From a virus: DNA of 64,000 nt. Below, piece by piece: positions 53,152 through 62,217 of the stretch. The translations under genes and the position numbers were made by a program. Each line of letters starts with the position of its first letter. Positions within the stretch are counted from its first letter, which is position 1. A model generated the notes under the pieces. That model searched no databases, was not told the origin of the DNA, and saw nothing but the letters and a program-made list of their open reading frames with translations. The stretch lies in the IMG/VR virus record IMGVR_UViG_3300032087_006189; one strand, 5' to 3'.

Positions 53152-55212
53152 ATGCCTGGCCACGTAAAGACCGACCTCCTTACCTTCCGCGCAAGCTCGA
53201 GCCCGTACCCGACCGAGTCCGGGGTCACCGCAGCCGTCACCCTATTCTCAAAGGGGGACAACTTCCTGTACTACGTCGATGACGGGGGCACAGAGCGGCA
53301 GATCCAAGTCGCCGCAGGTGGGGCGCTGACAGACATCCCGCTGACTGACAACACCGCGACGGCCTTCGATGTCCACGAAAGCACAAACAGCTACTTCTCT
53401 GCAGACACTACTGATGGCAGCGAAGTTGTTGCCATGGGCAACTCGTCCGTCGGTACCCTGACGGCACGCATCGACGGCAACGTCATCGACCTCAACGCAA
53501 CAGATGACATCACGATCGATGCAGGTGGGGACGGGCACCTTGTTGTAGCAGGGATTGCTACGGTCCAGGGCGCCACAGTCAACATTGGTGGCGCCGGAAA
53601 TGGCGATGTTCTTGTGGCCAGCACCGGCACGAGAGACATCACGATCGGAAGCGCAAACGCTACCAGTGTGGACATCAACTCTGCTCATGGCCGGTTCCAG
53701 CTTACCGGCGGTAATGCGGAGATCACCACAACCGCCTCCGGGATTGCGTACATCACTGATGGCGCAACTCGCTACTTCGAGGCGAACTACGGGAACCAGA
53801 CCATCACCGTTTCCGATGGAACCAACTCCATCCTCGTTGGATCTTCCGGGATCACAGTGACCGGGAACACCGGAGTCACTGGGAACATCACGGTGACTGG
53901 CACAGTAGACGGAGTGGACATCTCCACTCTTGCCGGAACTGCAAATGGAGAGGGCGCCTCGCAGATCGGGCTCGAGGATGTAGGCACCTACTACACGGGA
54001 ACCGACGTAGAGGCTGCTCTGCAGGAAGTCGGAGCGTCTCTTGGCACCATCCCTGCCAACGCCAACGATCTGGCTGATGTCGACACCACTGGGGTCGCAG
54101 ACGGAAACCTTCTCCAGTATGTCGCCTCAAACTCTGCGTTCGAGGTCGCTACTCCTGCGACGGTTGTTGGCGGTGCCGCAATCGGCGATCTGTCGAATGT
54201 TGACGGAGCCGCTACCCCTACCAATGGGCAGGTGCTGAAGTACAACACCAGTACAAGTCTTTGGGCTCCGGCAAACGATGCAACCCTTGCCGGCATCAAC
54301 GACCTCTCTGATGTTAACACTGCCGGTGTCGCGGACGGGAGCCTGCTTCGCTACAACAACGCAAACAGCGCGTTTGAGATTACTGACGCTGCTGGGGTCG
54401 TCGGCGCTGAGAACCTGAACACGCTCGCGAACGTCAACGCCCCGGCTCCCTCGGACGGCCAGGTTCTGCAGTACGTCAACGCGAGCTCAGAGTGGCAAGC
54501 AGTCTCTCCTCCCGCGTCGTACACGGACTCCGCGGCGGTTGCCGCCGTTGAGGCTGAGTCCACGCTCGATCTCACCGGCGATGTGACCATCGACGGGGAC
54601 CTGACCATCGACATGGGCGGAAGCGGGAACACCAGCGGCCGAGTCATGGTGGGTAGCCAGAGCGAGGCAGCGGAAACCGCAGACCTTACTGGCGTGTACT
54701 CAGTCAAGGTGGGCACTGCGCAGCAGGTTCCTCTCACTGCTGGGACTCGAGTTCATGTGCGCGTAGCTGCAACCATCAACCGAGTAGGCGCTCCGACTGA
54801 AGAGCTGTTCCTTGCGATCAACATGGAAGACTCTGGTGGGAATACTGGCTCGACCTTCGCGACGAAGAACTTGGGCGGAATCAACAGCCATCAGTCTGAG
54901 GTGGTGATCCACGCGACACTCCTCATCACTGACGCAACCAGCGCAAACTCCGCAGAAAGAGACCACCTGATGACGGGCCTCTTCCATGCAGATGTATCCG
55001 GGACCGTTACCGTTGGATCTATGCGGAACTTCGACACCGGGACCCACGCACCTGTCGCGTATTCAGGTGCAGGACTGGAGAAGGTCAATGTGGGTACTGC
55101 CTACGACCGGATTCGAATCTCAGCAGAGTCCGGCGCAAACACACAAACTGTGGCTGACCACTACGAGTTCAATGTAAAGGCCGTCACGGTGGACTTCTCC
55201 AAGGGAGAGTAG
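53152..55212 (+). CDS. Tail/head fiber-like structural protein
   Basis: Thr/Gly/Ala/Asp-rich; four (D/T)L(S/A)(D/N)V...G..L.Y repeats; TDVEAALQE; VDGVDIS. Confidence 0.75.
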   Translation: MPGHVKTDLLTFRASSSPYPTESGVTAAVTLFSKGDNFLYYVDDGGTERQIQVAAGGALTDIPLTDNTATAFDVHESTNSYFSADTTDGSEVVAMGNSSVGTLTARIDGNVIDLNATDDITIDAGGDGHLVVAGIATVQGATVNIGGAGNGDVLVASTGTRDITIGSANATSVDINSAHGRFQLTGGNAEITTTASGIAYITDGATRYFEANYGNQTITVSDGTNSILVGSSGITVTGNTGVTGNITVTGTVDGVDISTLAGTANGEGASQIGLEDVGTYYTGTDVEAALQEVGASLGTIPANANDLADVDTTGVADGNLLQYVASNSAFEVATPATVVGGAAIGDLSNVDGAATPTNGQVLKYNTSTSLWAPANDATLAGINDLSDVNTAGVADGSLLRYNNANSAFEITDAAGVVGAENLNTLANVNAPAPSDGQVLQYVNASSEWQAVSPPASYTDSAAVAAVEAESTLDLTGDVTIDGDLTIDMGGSGNTSGRVMVGSQSEAAETADLTGVYSVKVGTAQQVPLTAGTRVHVRVAATINRVGAPTEELFLAINMEDSGGNTGSTFATKNLGGINSHQSEVVIHATLLITDATSANSAERDHLMTGLFHADVSGTVTVGSMRNFDTGTHAPVAYSGAGLEKVNVGTAYDRIRISAESGANTQTVADHYEFNVKAVTVDFSKGE

Positions 55213-55220
55213 TCGTAAGG

Positions 55221-55256
55221 GCTAAAAAGAAGACCCCGTCAATCGACGGGGTCTTC
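55221..55256 (-). terminator. Terminator of the ParB operon (hairpin + TTTTTAGC on the minus strand)
   Basis: GAAGACCCCGTC/GACGGGGTCTTC 12-bp stem. Confidence 0.8.
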
Positions 55257-55382
55257 GTGGTTTAGAGCCAGCCGAGCCACTGAAGCTCGGCACAGCCCTC
55301 TCCCAAGACCACCTCGAAGATCCCGATCTGGCTGCCAACCTTCTTGTAGGTGATCACGGGGTGTCTTGGGAAACTCCACATT

Positions 55383-56204
55383 TTACTTCTGCTCCTCGAA
55401 CTGCATCATCTCCTGCATCTCTTCATCTTCCAGCAGGCCCTCAGCCCAGCGAAGTCCGAGAGAGATGCCACGGCCAACATCATTGCCCATGTCCGAGAGA
55501 TGATCTGCGCGCTCGATCATCTTGATCCGCGCCTTCTTGCTGGGCTTCTTGACCTTGTCCGGGTCGCCGGCGTTGGTCGCCTGCTCCACCGTGATCTTGT
55601 CATTCAGCCGCCGCTGCTTCTTCAGCCAGTCGATCTGGTCTTCCTGGCTCAGGTTCTTCGCGAGCTGGTATGCAGCGGAGAACGAAAGAACACCTTCGCG
55701 CACAGCATCCTTGACCGCATCAGCAGCCTTCTCATGGAAGACCATGCGGAAGTTCACCCAGCTGACGGAGCGGTGCAGTCGAGACGCGAGGTCTGACTGA
55801 GTGACTCCTTCCTGAACCCGACCGTAGATCCAAGCAGAGAGATCGACATCGTCGATGTTCTCGCGCTCCACATTCTCGATCGCGTTGATGTACTTGGCCT
55901 CATGGAGAGTGCCCTCGAACATGATGCAGGGGACACCATCTTCAAGGAAATCGGGCTCGTTCGTCTGAATCAAGCGGATTGCGCGAAGTCGGCGCTCACC
56001 TGCGATCAGCTCGTTGACCTCGTTTCCATCTTCATCTTCTGCCGCCATCACGACCAGCGGCTGCATCAGTCCGTCTCGCTGGATGCTCTCTGCAAGCTGC
56101 TCCAGCGCTTCCTTGTCGAACACCGTACGGATGTTCGTAATGTTTGCCCCGACGACAATCTGGTCTGCCGGGATCTCGGTTGTCTGTGTGTCGAACAGGC
56201 TCAT
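55383..56204 (-). CDS. ParB/Spo0J-like protein
   Basis: NIRTVFD...LAESIQRDGLMQPLVV...LIAGERRLRA...ENVERE, HTH TQSDLASRLHRSVSWV. Confidence 0.9.
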   Translation of the reverse strand: MSLFDTQTTEIPADQIVVGANITNIRTVFDKEALEQLAESIQRDGLMQPLVVMAAEDEDGNEVNELIAGERRLRAIRLIQTNEPDFLEDGVPCIMFEGTLHEAKYINAIENVERENIDDVDLSAWIYGRVQEGVTQSDLASRLHRSVSWVNFRMVFHEKAADAVKDAVREGVLSFSAAYQLAKNLSQEDQIDWLKKQRRLNDKITVEQATNAGDPDKVKKPSKKARIKMIERADHLSDMGNDVGRGISLGLRWAEGLLEDEEMQEMMQFEEQK

Positions 56205-56258
56205 GCCTGATGCCTCCTATAGTTGGTGGGCATTGTTTTTTTGACAGAAAAGGAGGAC

Positions 56259-56555
56259 CTATTTTCCCAACACGGAGTTGTAGACCAGTACGCTGAACTG
56301 GCACTCACCAACAACCGTCTTCGTCATAATCGTCACGACTACGCCTCTTTCGTGCTCCTCGATGTCCATACCGGTAAACCCGTTGACTCGATCCAACAAA
56401 TGGTCTTCGAACACTTCCCACATCTCGGGGCAGACCTTCGGGAAGATATTGCGAATCTGGCGGAGCAGGGAAACAACGCGCCTTAAATCGACGGCATGTC
56501 CCTGCATCAGCTCCGTCTCTACTGCAGTCTTTGGGAACTCGAGGACTTCACCCAT
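56259..56555 (-). CDS. Hypothetical protein
   Basis: MGEVLEFPK...; overlaps the upstream stop; start approximate. Confidence 0.55.
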   Translation of the reverse strand: MGEVLEFPKTAVETELMQGHAVDLRRVVSLLRQIRNIFPKVCPEMWEVFEDHLLDRVNGFTGMDIEEHERGVVVTIMTKTVVGECQFSVLVYNSVLGK

Positions 56556-56799
56556 ACACATGCTCCAAGAACTTGGAGACCTGCTCTTCGTCCCAGGACT
56601 CAAGCAGTGTCTCAGCCATGACTTCGGGAGGAATAGATTGCAGTATGATCGGATTGATGAAGGTCAGCACCCCATCATCCCTGCAGACGAGAAGAGCGGC
56701 ACGGTGCGACTGGATGAGAGACAGCATCATGTCGGACAGCCCTTGATGGAGCTGCTCTTCGCTGAGGCCGGTCAGATCAATCTCGTTTTTCTTGTCCAT
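56548..56799 (-). CDS. Hypothetical protein
   Basis: 83 aa; first gene of the ParB operon. Confidence 0.65.
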   Translation of the reverse strand: MDKKNEIDLTGLSEEQLHQGLSDMMLSLIQSHRAALLVCRDDGVLTFINPIILQSIPPEVMAETLLESWDEEQVSKFLEHVYG

Positions 56800-56896
56800 G
56801 AAGCGAGCCTATATCGAGTGTGAGTACACTGCAAGGTGTGAGTACAAAAATCCTGAGGTACTGTCATAAGCACTTTGGTCAACGACCATAGGAGTA

Positions 56897-57754
56897 ATGA
56901 TGAAGATCGTAAAGATGAAAGCAGAAGACCTTGTGCCCGTGACTGACCACAGCTATGTCGACGTAGGCCTCACCGGACTTCTGAATGAGCTCTCGTTCGG
57001 AGAGCCCCTGATTTTGAAGGGACCGAAGGGATCTGGCAAGACTCTGGCCATTGAGCAGCTTTGCTCGAAGAACGGAGTCGCGATGATCCGCGAAAACTGC
57101 AACAGCGGAACGGATGAGACGCAGCTGATTGGGAGCTTTGGCATGGAGGGCACAGATGTCCACTTCTGCCTTGGCGCGCTCCCGCTGGCGATTGAGACTG
57201 CGAACGAAGTCGGAGAAGCGTTTCTGGTGCTGGAAGAGATCAACACTCTGCGTCCGCAGGTGCAGAGCATGGTCTTTTCCGTGGCAGATTACCGGAAAGC
57301 TGTCGAGGCTCCATCGCTGGGCAAGAAGTTCGCCCTGAAGCCGGATGCCTGTCTGTGGGTCATCGGTACGATGAACCCGGGCTACTCGGGCACTTACCAG
57401 CTCAACGAAGCACTGCGTAGCCGCTTTGACTTCATTGAGGTTGGCTACATGCCGGAGCGGCAGGAGCAGGACCTGCTGGAGATGTCGTATTCGACTCCCG
57501 CAGATTTGGAGCAGCGGCGTTTTGCAAAGGGACTGCTGGTTCTGGCGCAGGAAAGCCGGACCTACGAGTGGGACTATGCACTGTCTACTCGCGACTTGGT
57601 CCACACGATCAACAAGGCAGAGAGGATCGGGACCCGCAAGGCGCTGAAGATGCTTCTTCAGAAGTTCGATCCTGAGTTCAAGGAGAAGATCGAAGCCCGT
57701 GTGCAGTCGGTCTTTGCCGTCAACCTTCAGGAGGTAGTGCTCTATGAGGTTTGA
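56897..57754 (+). CDS. MoxR/CbbQ-type AAA+ ATPase
   Basis: GPKGSGKT, LVLEEIN, GTMNPGYSGT.QLNEALRSRF, STRDL. Confidence 0.9.
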   Translation: MMKIVKMKAEDLVPVTDHSYVDVGLTGLLNELSFGEPLILKGPKGSGKTLAIEQLCSKNGVAMIRENCNSGTDETQLIGSFGMEGTDVHFCLGALPLAIETANEVGEAFLVLEEINTLRPQVQSMVFSVADYRKAVEAPSLGKKFALKPDACLWVIGTMNPGYSGTYQLNEALRSRFDFIEVGYMPERQEQDLLEMSYSTPADLEQRRFAKGLLVLAQESRTYEWDYALSTRDLVHTINKAERIGTRKALKMLLQKFDPEFKEKIEARVQSVFAVNLQEVVLYEV

Positions 57755-58079
57755 GACCTATGACGATCTCTGTACCTGGATGGGTAAGCGCGGACGGGCG
57801 GGGAATCTTTCGCTCGTCCGCGATGAGCTGGACCGAGCAGTAGATGAAGAAGCAGAAGCCCTTGCCGATGTGGCCATTGGCCGCGGGGACTTCCAGCGCA
57901 GAGGCAAGAAGCTGATGGAAGAGTGCCGGAGGGATGCCGAGCAGCACTTCGTTGAGGAGATCAACGAGATGCTTGCTGATGGTCCTCCGGAGGAGTTGAA
58001 CCACTGGGTCGTCCTGACCTACCGGCGCAAGCCGAAGGTCTGGGCGATTGCCAAAAGCATTTACGAGGCAAGTAGATGA
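57744..58079 (+). CDS. Hypothetical protein
   Basis: Lies between the AAA and VWA genes; GGAGG RBS. Confidence 0.7.
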   Translation: MRFETYDDLCTWMGKRGRAGNLSLVRDELDRAVDEEAEALADVAIGRGDFQRRGKKLMEECRRDAEQHFVEEINEMLADGPPEELNHWVVLTYRRKPKVWAIAKSIYEASR

Positions 58080-59884
58080 CAGCACGCCCGACTCTCAATC
58101 TGGGCGCGATGGCGGCCTCCAGCGTCGAGGAGAACATCGAACGCATGGAGGCGCTCGTCGCCACATTCAATGTGATGATGGGGACAGAGCTTGAACTGGT
58201 CAATGACCCCAATGGAGGGTCAACGGACTGTAAGACTCAGATCCGAGTCCCCTTCCACGATCCCGAAGCGTACATCACCTGCGAGCATGAGATCTCTCAT
58301 CCCTTTGCGGGAACGGACTTGGAGCTCACGGAGGAGTTCCGCAAGAAGGCAGTGGAGCGGCTGCTCACTCGGGCACGCATCCCAGTGACCAGCCCGGATG
58401 CCATTCCATACAAGAGAAAGCTGGACGGTATTGTCCATCTTCTCTGGAATGTGCTCGAAGACTGGCGCTGCTGCTCTGTGTGGGGAGAGATCTACTACGG
58501 AGGGGCCAGTATCCTTCAGCAGCGGTGGAAGGATATCGCCAAGTACGCGAAAGAAGAAGACGCGAAGAAAGATCTGGTGTCGTACCTCATGCGCGCAGCT
58601 GCGGGGTACGACACGGATGGAGCGCCCCCAGAGTTCAAAGCGTGCCTCCCTCACATGCAGAAGGCGAGAAATCAGGTCGAGTTGGTCGACAACAAGGCTT
58701 GCTTGGCAATCACTGCGAGGCTTGTGGACGACATCGCTGATGAACTCCTCAAGCACTACCCAGATCCTCCAAAGAATCCGAACAACAAGCAGCAGCAGGC
58801 ACAGGCCAAGCTCAATGCGCTGGCCAACTCCGTGGCTCCTCCTGACCAATCAACTCAGGATGGAGAAGAAGGAGGACTGGGTAAGAAAGATCTGACCCCT
58901 ACTCCCGGGCAAGAAAAGAAGCGCGTCTCAGCGAAGACCATGAAAGAGATCAGAAAGCTGATGACCGCGAAGGACGAGGAGGACCAGGACGGAAACAACC
59001 CGTTCAAGCAGCTGTGCTCTGCCGGTGCAGAAAAGATGCAGGAGCGGATCTCTGCGGCGAAAGCGGAGCTGGGTAAGCAGCGAAAGTCAGAAGAGAACCA
59101 AGAAAAGTCTCAGATGACTTCTGTATCGGATGACTGCGGAATCAAGTCCAAGCATGTCACCCCAGCACACCCGCTCCCCCGTCCATCGAAGAAGGCAGCG
59201 AAGGTCCGGCGCTACCTCGAGCAGGTCCGCATGGAGAAGGAGACCATCTCGGTTCGCGCAGGAAGCAAGATCAACATGCAGCGGCTGATTCAAGCACGCG
59301 CATCGGGCAACTTGTCTTCCACTCCGGTGTTCCAGAAGACCCACGAAACTGGCGGCCTTCAGCTCATGCTGCTGGCAGATGTCAGTGGCTCTATGTGCGG
59401 AATGGGACTGGACATCCTCGACCAGGCAATCTCCGATGTGGAGTTCTCCTGCCGAGGGCTGAAGGTGGACATCAACCTGTGGGCTTTCTCGTCTGAGCTC
59501 TACTTCTTCTCGAAGCTGGGCTCTACGAAGAATGTCCCCGGTATGCAAATGATGTACACCTCAATGGTTCAGGCCCTCGATACTGCGGCACAGTGGACCA
59601 AGAAGGGGAAGGGAGACCGAGCCATCATCCTGATGACGGACGGCCTTCCCACCTCTTGCCGCGCAAAGAAGAGCAGCGGAAATGCGGTCGAAGACCTCAA
59701 GCAGGTAATGAAAGAAACCCGCGCCGAAGGGGTGGTCCTGTCTGTCCTCGCGATTGGACAGTCAAAGGACTACTATGAGAATGTGTTCGGAAAGAGAGGA
59801 TTCGGACACATTCAGGGACTCAGAGACCTCCCAGATGCGCTTGGTGACGCGGCACGCGTCATCATCGAAGCGCATCTGCAGTGA
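58076..59884 (+). CDS. VWA-domain protein with N-terminal HExxH region (CobT-like MoxR partner)
   Basis: HEISH, WNVLEDWR; MIDAS DVSGS and MTDG. Confidence 0.85.
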   Translation: MTARPTLNLGAMAASSVEENIERMEALVATFNVMMGTELELVNDPNGGSTDCKTQIRVPFHDPEAYITCEHEISHPFAGTDLELTEEFRKKAVERLLTRARIPVTSPDAIPYKRKLDGIVHLLWNVLEDWRCCSVWGEIYYGGASILQQRWKDIAKYAKEEDAKKDLVSYLMRAAAGYDTDGAPPEFKACLPHMQKARNQVELVDNKACLAITARLVDDIADELLKHYPDPPKNPNNKQQQAQAKLNALANSVAPPDQSTQDGEEGGLGKKDLTPTPGQEKKRVSAKTMKEIRKLMTAKDEEDQDGNNPFKQLCSAGAEKMQERISAAKAELGKQRKSEENQEKSQMTSVSDDCGIKSKHVTPAHPLPRPSKKAAKVRRYLEQVRMEKETISVRAGSKINMQRLIQARASGNLSSTPVFQKTHETGGLQLMLLADVSGSMCGMGLDILDQAISDVEFSCRGLKVDINLWAFSSELYFFSKLGSTKNVPGMQMMYTSMVQALDTAAQWTKKGKGDRAIILMTDGLPTSCRAKKSSGNAVEDLKQVMKETRAEGVVLSVLAIGQSKDYYENVFGKRGFGHIQGLRDLPDALGDAARVIIEAHLQ

Positions 59885-59970
59885 GGTTAGGGGCTCGAAA
59901 GGGCCCCTTTTTAGCCAAAAAAATATCCCAATTTAGGCCATAATATAAATGTAGAAACAAGGAGGTTTCG

Positions 59971-60096
59971 ATGATGACATTCGATCAGATCATGGAAGAG
60001 ATGGAAAAACTTTCAGCACTTCGTGAGCGCACAGCAGAGCAGGAGCAGCGACTACTCTGGCTCGCAGAGCAGCTCGTATTGGTGACTGCTGCGTAG
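59971..60096 (+). CDS. 41-aa helical peptide
   Basis: GCCATAAT at 59937; AAGGAGG RBS; MMTFDQIMEEMEKLSALRE... Confidence 0.6.
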   Translation: MMTFDQIMEEMEKLSALRERTAEQEQRLLWLAEQLVLVTAA

Positions 60097-60137
60097 GCAG
60101 CGCGGGGCATCGCCCCTTTTTAGCCCATGGAGTAGAA

Positions 60138-60401
60138 ATGCCGTCCGTTACGATTCGCAATGACCAGAAGGCATATCTCGAGCGCGTGGCTCGAGAGGCA
60201 TCCAAGAAGGTGGGACGAAGAGTTAGCCCGACTGAAGCGCTACAAGGACTACTGGACCTGTGTATACAGGACGAGGCCGTCTACGAACCAAAAACCTCCT
60301 CCCCGATGAGCGCGGAGAGGAGGGATCTATTCGTCGAGAAGCGGTCGAGCAGGACTCGAGTTCTTACTGTAGATGAGGTCCTGGCTAGTATACGCCCTTA
60401 G
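60138..60401 (+). CDS. Possible ribbon-helix-helix DNA-binding protein
   Basis: MPSVTIRNDQKAYLERVA...SPTEALQGLLD. Confidence 0.5.
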   Translation: MPSVTIRNDQKAYLERVAREASKKVGRRVSPTEALQGLLDLCIQDEAVYEPKTSSPMSAERRDLFVEKRSSRTRVLTVDEVLASIRP

Positions 60402-60834
60402 GGTTGAATCCCTGCTGGGCTCGTGCTTGCCGGTCTTGCTGTAGGTAGTTTTGGCCCGCCTGAACTCCCTTGTACCCACCGTAGAGAGCTCCTGCCCCGG
60501 CCACACCAAGTGCTGCTTTCCCGACATTCTGGTCGCTGAACATCTTACCGAAGAAAGATGGGGCTTTCGCCTTTGGAATCGTTGCAAGGGCGGTAGTGGA
60601 GCCCGGCAATCCTGCTTTCTTTTCAATCTGGTGCCAGCGCAGTGATGTTGCAGCACGTTGCTGGATGTAGCCCATAAGGCTTGCTTCCTTACTGATCGTC
60701 ATCTTATTCGCCCCAAAGGGATTCAGGGCAGCAGTTCCCTTTGTTGCCTGGAGTTTAGGACGCGGAACCGCAAGCCGCGGCCTCGGAAGGCCGCGGACAT
60801 TGGGCAGTCCTTCTCCTGGTGGGGTTCCTTCCAC
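60385..60834 (-). CDS. Putative virion protein with KxA motifs and a Gly-rich TM helix
   Basis: SKEAS, IEKKAG; ALGVAGAGALYGGY. Confidence 0.65.
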   Translation of the reverse strand: MEGTPPGEGLPNVRGLPRPRLAVPRPKLQATKGTAALNPFGANKMTISKEASLMGYIQQRAATSLRWHQIEKKAGLPGSTTALATIPKAKAPSFFGKMFSDQNVGKAALGVAGAGALYGGYKGVQAGQNYLQQDRQARAQQGFNPKGVY

Positions 60835-61088
60835 TACCGGTATCCACCGTAGGTGTAGGAGTTGCCCATGCCAATCCGCTGACGCTGGCGATGCTGACCA
60901 GAACTGACCCTGCGACGGTACATCTTCTGCCGACGCGCGATCTGCGCACGGTTGCGCGCACGATACTGCCGCTGCTGCTGCAGAATCCGGTTGCGGTTTC
61001 GCATGTAGTAGCCGTGACGCTTGCGCCGCTTGTCGGACGCAAGCTTCTCGAGCTCGTCTACAAAGAAGTGGAAGACCTCATCGCCCAT
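60834..61088 (-). CDS. Arg-rich basic protein with FFVDELEKLA leader
   Basis: MGDEVFHFFVDELEKLASDKRRKRH...; start reassigned to ATG 61088. Confidence 0.75.
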   Translation of the reverse strand: MGDEVFHFFVDELEKLASDKRRKRHGYYMRNRNRILQQQRQYRARNRAQIARRQKMYRRRVSSGQHRQRQRIGMGNSYTYGGYR

Positions 61089-61488
61089 TACGGAAAAACC
61101 CTCTGGCGGACACTTGATTGATTCGATTGATGGTGTCCTTGTCCTTGCTTCGGCCCGCCTGCACAACCTGCTTGAACGGAGAGGCCGTGGGGCTCACTGT
61201 GCGGGCATAGTCATCAAGATCGCCGGGCTTGACTACCTTGCCTACCTCTTCGGTAACCCTTGGCATGCCGACCGTCGCAAGTACGCGGTTCGTATTGCGC
61301 TGGTTTTTGGCGCTGGCCGTGTTGAAGGCTCTTTCCAGCCCCTTAGGAATTTCAGCGCCCCTTGACGCCTTGTTCATGATGCTCTGGACGATTCGGGCTC
61401 TCCGGGCCTCCCCTGCAACCTTAGTCCACAAGGGGTGGTCTTCCAGAATCATTTCGTATGCGGCAATCTTGTCCATTGTTTTTTCCAA
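61078..61488 (-). CDS. Putative virion protein (DKIAA, TKVAG motifs)
   Basis: Directly downstream of the tail tube gene. Confidence 0.65.
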   Translation of the reverse strand: MEKTMDKIAAYEMILEDHPLWTKVAGEARRARIVQSIMNKASRGAEIPKGLERAFNTASAKNQRNTNRVLATVGMPRVTEEVGKVVKPGDLDDYARTVSPTASPFKQVVQAGRSKDKDTINRINQVSARGFFRNGR

Positions 61489-62187
61489 TCAGCCGGTGAT
61501 CAGGCCGACAACCTCAGTGTTGACCGGAACCATGCGCTCGAACTGAATGGCGCACTGCTCCTGAATGAGAGTACCCATCGCGTCGGTCGAAAGGCTGTGG
61601 TTGGGGATGTAGCACGACTCGAAGTAGCCAGCACCGAGAGTATCCTCGTTGCTGTCCTTCATCAGAGTCAGCAGACCCACCGGCTGCGTGAAGAGGTCCG
61701 AAGCCAAGTTCAGGAAGATGTTCTCGTACCCAGGAGGGATGATGACATCGTGCGGGTTGGCCACGGTCGCAGCGCCGATGTTCGAGAACACGGGGCTCAC
61801 AAACGTCGGAGGGATGATGTCCTGGTAATACGCGTACAGGACGCGCAGGAGGGACGGACCGTGGTAGAGCACGCGGCCCAAGTTGATCTGCCCCATCACT
61901 CGACCAGGGATGAAGTAGCTGCGAACTGAGCCGATCTCGAAGATACGACTCAGCTGCATGTTGTGGCTCAGGTTGAAGTTCTGGACCACGCCAATCGGGT
62001 AGGCCAGCATGTCTTCAGCGGTAGAGCCTGCTGTGAGGGCAGCACCGAGGAACTCGGGGCCGCCCACATTCGCGAGACGAGGGGGACCAGCGCAGATGAC
62101 GGTGTAGGCCGCGTTCATGAAACGGCCGTCAACCATACCGCCCTGGACATTGTCCTCGTAGGGGGACCATTGTGAGAGAGTTGCCAT
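61489..62187 (-). CDS. Tail tube protein (contractile tail)
   Basis: PIGVVQNFNLS...RIFEIGS.RSYFIPG...YFESCYI...IQFER; downstream of the sheath gene. Confidence 0.75.
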   Translation of the reverse strand: MATLSQWSPYEDNVQGGMVDGRFMNAAYTVICAGPPRLANVGGPEFLGAALTAGSTAEDMLAYPIGVVQNFNLSHNMQLSRIFEIGSVRSYFIPGRVMGQINLGRVLYHGPSLLRVLYAYYQDIIPPTFVSPVFSNIGAATVANPHDVIIPPGYENIFLNLASDLFTQPVGLLTLMKDSNEDTLGAGYFESCYIPNHSLSTDAMGTLIQEQCAIQFERMVPVNTEVVGLITG

Positions 62188-62217
62188 GGGTACTGTCCTC
62201 AGTCAGCGAAGTTCAGA

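Noticed and set aside
2568-60124. Integron attC array as the explanation for hairpin + TTAGC cassettes
   Set aside because: Most copies are TTTAGC, not GTTRRRY; no paired RYYYAAC inverse core; cassettes have their own promoters; no integrase in the window.
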